36,850 nt of DNA from the IMG/VR virus record IMGVR_UViG_3300027627_000014, positions 1-36,850 of that record; one strand, 5' to 3'. The position numbers and the translations under genes are program-made. The notes beneath the pieces are model-generated. The model searched no databases, was not told the origin of the DNA, and saw only the letters and a program-made list of their open reading frames with translations. Of this stretch, positions 34,171 through 36,850 are shown in pieces; position 1 is the stretch's first letter; each line of letters opens with the position of its first letter. The DNA is from a virus. Its lineage: Duplodnaviria > Caudoviricetes.

Positions 34171-36285
34171 TTACGCAGCACCTTTGCTCATCAACGCATT
34201 GACGTATCCGTCGCCGAGGTCACAACCGTAGTCGTGGTATCCACGGAACTGGATGCCGAGCGTGTTGAAATCAGCATCTGCCGATTCAACTGTCGGCGTT
34301 TCTTGGCCGTTCAAGAACGACACAACCACCGGCGATCCCTTGCTCTTTTCACCAAGCAGATACCACGCGGTCGTCGAGTACCCGCTGATCGAGGAATCAG
34401 AGAGTTGATTCGCAACGATCGGCGTGTACTTGTTGGCGAACGTGTTAGAGTCGGACACCTTGACCGCCGCAACGTTTCGAGTCGCGTACAGCGCGTCGGC
34501 GATGACTTCCAGTTCTGGCGGGACCAACAGGAACTTGGCCGTTCCCGACAATCGCTTGGCACCGTCTGCCGCTGGCGATGTCCGTGATCGCCACGCCTTC
34601 TGTCCAAGTCCCAAACCAACACCATCGGTTCCGAGATTGCTCGTCGCACCGGTGATGTAGTTCGTGCGAGTCGCCGTGAAGATCGTCGCGAGGTTGCCCA
34701 GGAACGTCGCCCAAAACAAATCATTGAGCTTCATTGCTGAACCGGCACCCACGATCCGCTTGAGGTCGTCGAACGCCCCCAAATCGTCGTTGATGATGTC
34801 CTGCCGAGTCAGGCTGAACATCTTCGCGTAGGTGTCGATCGACCGAGTGAACGACTCTTCGCCGAGCTTGCCGTGCTTGATCTCACCAGCCGGCCCCAGC
34901 TTCTCGTAGGCCATGTCATCGAGCATCCGGTAGCTCGTGATCGTCTTGAAGTCGCTCGCGGATTTGATTTGAGCGATCTCACGCCACACGGCATCCTCCT
35001 CCATGTACCCTTGCAAGATCTCCTTGTTGGCGATGTTGCTGAGGATGCCAGGCAGGCTCAACGTCGAAAACGACGCTTCCAAACTCTTCGGGCAGGCATA
35101 GGCCAGCACTTGCCGGATGTTGCCGGTCGTGATGCGATCGCCGGCCGAGACTGGCATGCCGCCCTGAGCGGCACAAATCATGATGAGCTGCTGCAAACCG
35201 ATCTGACCACGGAACTGCGTGTGAGCAGCTTGCAGCGTTTGGTCGGTGTATTGCTTGTCGATCGCCACAACACCCGGAGTCCGTCCGTTGTTCGTGACCT
35301 TGCGAGCCACCGCCATCGCCGCTTCCAAAACGAGCGGTTGATTTTCGGGAGCACTCTCGGCACCGCGAAAGCTGGTCGGTCGAGTCTTGGCTGACGATGC
35401 CTTGAGGACTTCCAGTTCCACCTTGTCGAGCGACCAGTTTTGCTCGATGGCTGTCGCGGCAATCATCGGGAACGCCGAAGCCTTCGCCTGAATCTCGCTC
35501 ACTCGTCGCATGTTGGCGGCGAGTTGCTGATTCTGTTGCGTCAACGACGCTTGCAGGTTCATCGTCGCACCAGCCGAAGCGGTCGGAAGTGCGGCGGGCG
35601 GAGCAGCAGGAGCCGCAGCAACCGGCGGAGCGGCGGGCATCGCCGTCGCTGGCGTCGGATTTTGTGCGGCATCGTAAGCGAGTTGCATCGCGGCGCGATT
35701 CGTGTCGTCCAGTTTCGCAGGGTCAACGCCGAGTGAAACCAACCATTGATCGAAGTTCATAGCAGAACCTTTCTGAGAAGATGCCGCACTGGCGGCAAGA
35801 TTGACCTGAGTTGTCGGATCGGCCCCCATCGGGAGGACGGACGTTTCGCGGAGAACAGATTGTTTTGCGACGATGACCGGCCCTTGGAATGTCTGGCCGT
35901 TGACCGTGACTGATTGACCAGCGGTGATCTCCACCGTGTCGCCGACCAACGCACCGATGGACGCTTGCCACTGATGACCTGCCGCCGCCTGTGCGAGGAC
36001 TTGCTGACTCATTGCCGATTGACCTGTTACCGCACCCGCCATCAACAGCGTCCTGCCGTCGTTGGTGATCGTGTCCGTCAGGCCGAGCGTTGCTTCGACG
36101 GACTTCGTGTGGTCAATCAAAATCGGAACGCTGGCAGGAATCGTCAGGCCGGCAAGATCGACAATCACCGGCAGATCGAAGCCATCAACGGCGAGCTTTC
36201 CGCCGGAGTATGCGAGGATTGAAAAGCGTCGCGGAGAACCGTCCGCTTTCAAATTCAGTGAGGCGAGCAAGCTGAGATTTTTCAT
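34171..36285 (-). CDS. Prohead protease-scaffold-major capsid fusion (Mu gpT-like capsid domain)
   Basis: PILIDH, WQASIGA and LRETSVLPMGAD protease motifs; Ala/Pro linker; LTRQDIINDDLGAF, FLLVPPELE, WYL and FLNGQETP capsid motifs. Confidence 0.9.
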   Translation of the reverse strand: MKNLSLLASLNLKADGSPRRFSILAYSGGKLAVDGFDLPVIVDLAGLTIPASVPILIDHTKSVEATLGLTDTITNDGRTLLMAGAVTGQSAMSQQVLAQAAAGHQWQASIGALVGDTVEITAGQSVTVNGQTFQGPVIVAKQSVLRETSVLPMGADPTTQVNLAASAASSQKGSAMNFDQWLVSLGVDPAKLDDTNRAAMQLAYDAAQNPTPATAMPAAPPVAAAPAAPPAALPTASAGATMNLQASLTQQNQQLAANMRRVSEIQAKASAFPMIAATAIEQNWSLDKVELEVLKASSAKTRPTSFRGAESAPENQPLVLEAAMAVARKVTNNGRTPGVVAIDKQYTDQTLQAAHTQFRGQIGLQQLIMICAAQGGMPVSAGDRITTGNIRQVLAYACPKSLEASFSTLSLPGILSNIANKEILQGYMEEDAVWREIAQIKSASDFKTITSYRMLDDMAYEKLGPAGEIKHGKLGEESFTRSIDTYAKMFSLTRQDIINDDLGAFDDLKRIVGAGSAMKLNDLFWATFLGNLATIFTATRTNYITGATSNLGTDGVGLGLGQKAWRSRTSPAADGAKRLSGTAKFLLVPPELEVIADALYATRNVAAVKVSDSNTFANKYTPIVANQLSDSSISGYSTTAWYLLGEKSKGSPVVVSFLNGQETPTVESADADFNTLGIQFRGYHDYGCDLGDGYVNALMSKGAA

Positions 36286-36850
36286 ACCGGCACCGCCGAT
36301 CCGCTCGCAGCCGGGTCCAGGTTTGGTGACGTAATCGCACCATCGCGGGCATCGTCGATCAACGCCTGAGCCGCCGCATCATCCCAACCGAGTCGCAAAA
36401 GGCTCGCTTTTGTCAACACTTCGGACGTTCCAGCGATCATTGCCGAGAGGACTTCCGCCGTCGCTTTTTGGTTGTTCGTAAAATCGCGTCGCTTCGTGCC
36501 GGTGAATGCTCCCGCCGTCGCCGCTGGTGCAGCACCTGGCATTCCACCGACTGCTGATTGACCGGCACCCGGCGAGGCGAATGTTTTCGCGAACAACGCC
36601 GCCTTGTACGTCGCCACGTCAACGCCGAAGTCGGTCGCCGCTCGCGTCGCTTCGGTCTCCCAATCTTGGCCGGCGTCCGCGTGAATCTGTGTCAGCGTCG
36701 ATTGACCGCTGCCGAGCTTGATCGAGGCCGCGTTTGCTGTGTCCACCGGGTCGAGGTCCGGCAACGGTGGCCAATGCCAACGATGATTGATTTCCGAAAG
36801 TTGCGGCAGTCCGTCCAGCAAGCCGGGAACGTAGATGGCCGCTTCGAGGA
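36282..36850 (-). CDS. Lambda-type portal protein, 3' part (5' end outside the window)
   Basis: Frame is open to the window edge; WHWPP..DLDP.DTA.A....L..G.STL......GQDWE is typical of lambda-family portal C-termini. Confidence 0.8.
   Translation of the reverse strand, partial: LEAAIYVPGLLDGLPQLSEINHRWHWPPLPDLDPVDTANAASIKLGSGQSTLTQIHADAGQDWETEATRAATDFGVDVATYKAALFAKTFASPGAGQSAVGGMPGAAPAATAGAFTGTKRRDFTNNQKATAEVLSAMIAGTSEVLTKASLLRLGWDDAAAQALIDDARDGAITSPNLDPAASGSAVPV

Noticed and set aside
1-36850. Stop-codon reassignment
   Set aside because: Genes tile densely under the standard code with TAA, TGA and TAG all used as stops; the only notable gap in the structural operon is explained by the tail chaperone frameshift.

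Overview
About 36.9 kb of a tailed dsDNA phage (siphovirus-like) with essentially every gene on the minus strand. Read from right to left: the 3' part of a lambda-type portal; a protease-capsid (Mu gpT-like) fusion; DUF2190-like cement; neck and tail genes with a -1 frameshifted tail chaperone; tape measure; Cys-rich distal tail genes; a repeat tail fibre coupled to a sulfotransferase; and a 22-aa repeat virion protein. Next is a candidate lysis block with no recognisable muralytic enzyme, made of membrane proteins, two lipoproteins (one with a thioredoxin-like CxxC) and a papain-like protease. The early/accessory region is built on a duplicated scaffold of promoters and hairpins and carries an SNF2-like helicase and a DNA methyltransferase. 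After it come a degenerate tRNA-like element between perfect 73-bp direct repeats and two tandem CsrA-like genes whose leaders carry CsrA-type GGA hairpins. The replication/recombination module follows (RusA, HAD protein, Sak4, DUF669 SSB, two more helicases, primase-polymerase), then a likely origin and a cos-like signature at the left edge. No terminase, integrase or repressor is visible; the terminase probably lies just outside the window. A Planctomycetota host is suggested by gene content but is only an inference. All product calls come from motifs read by eye, not database searches.
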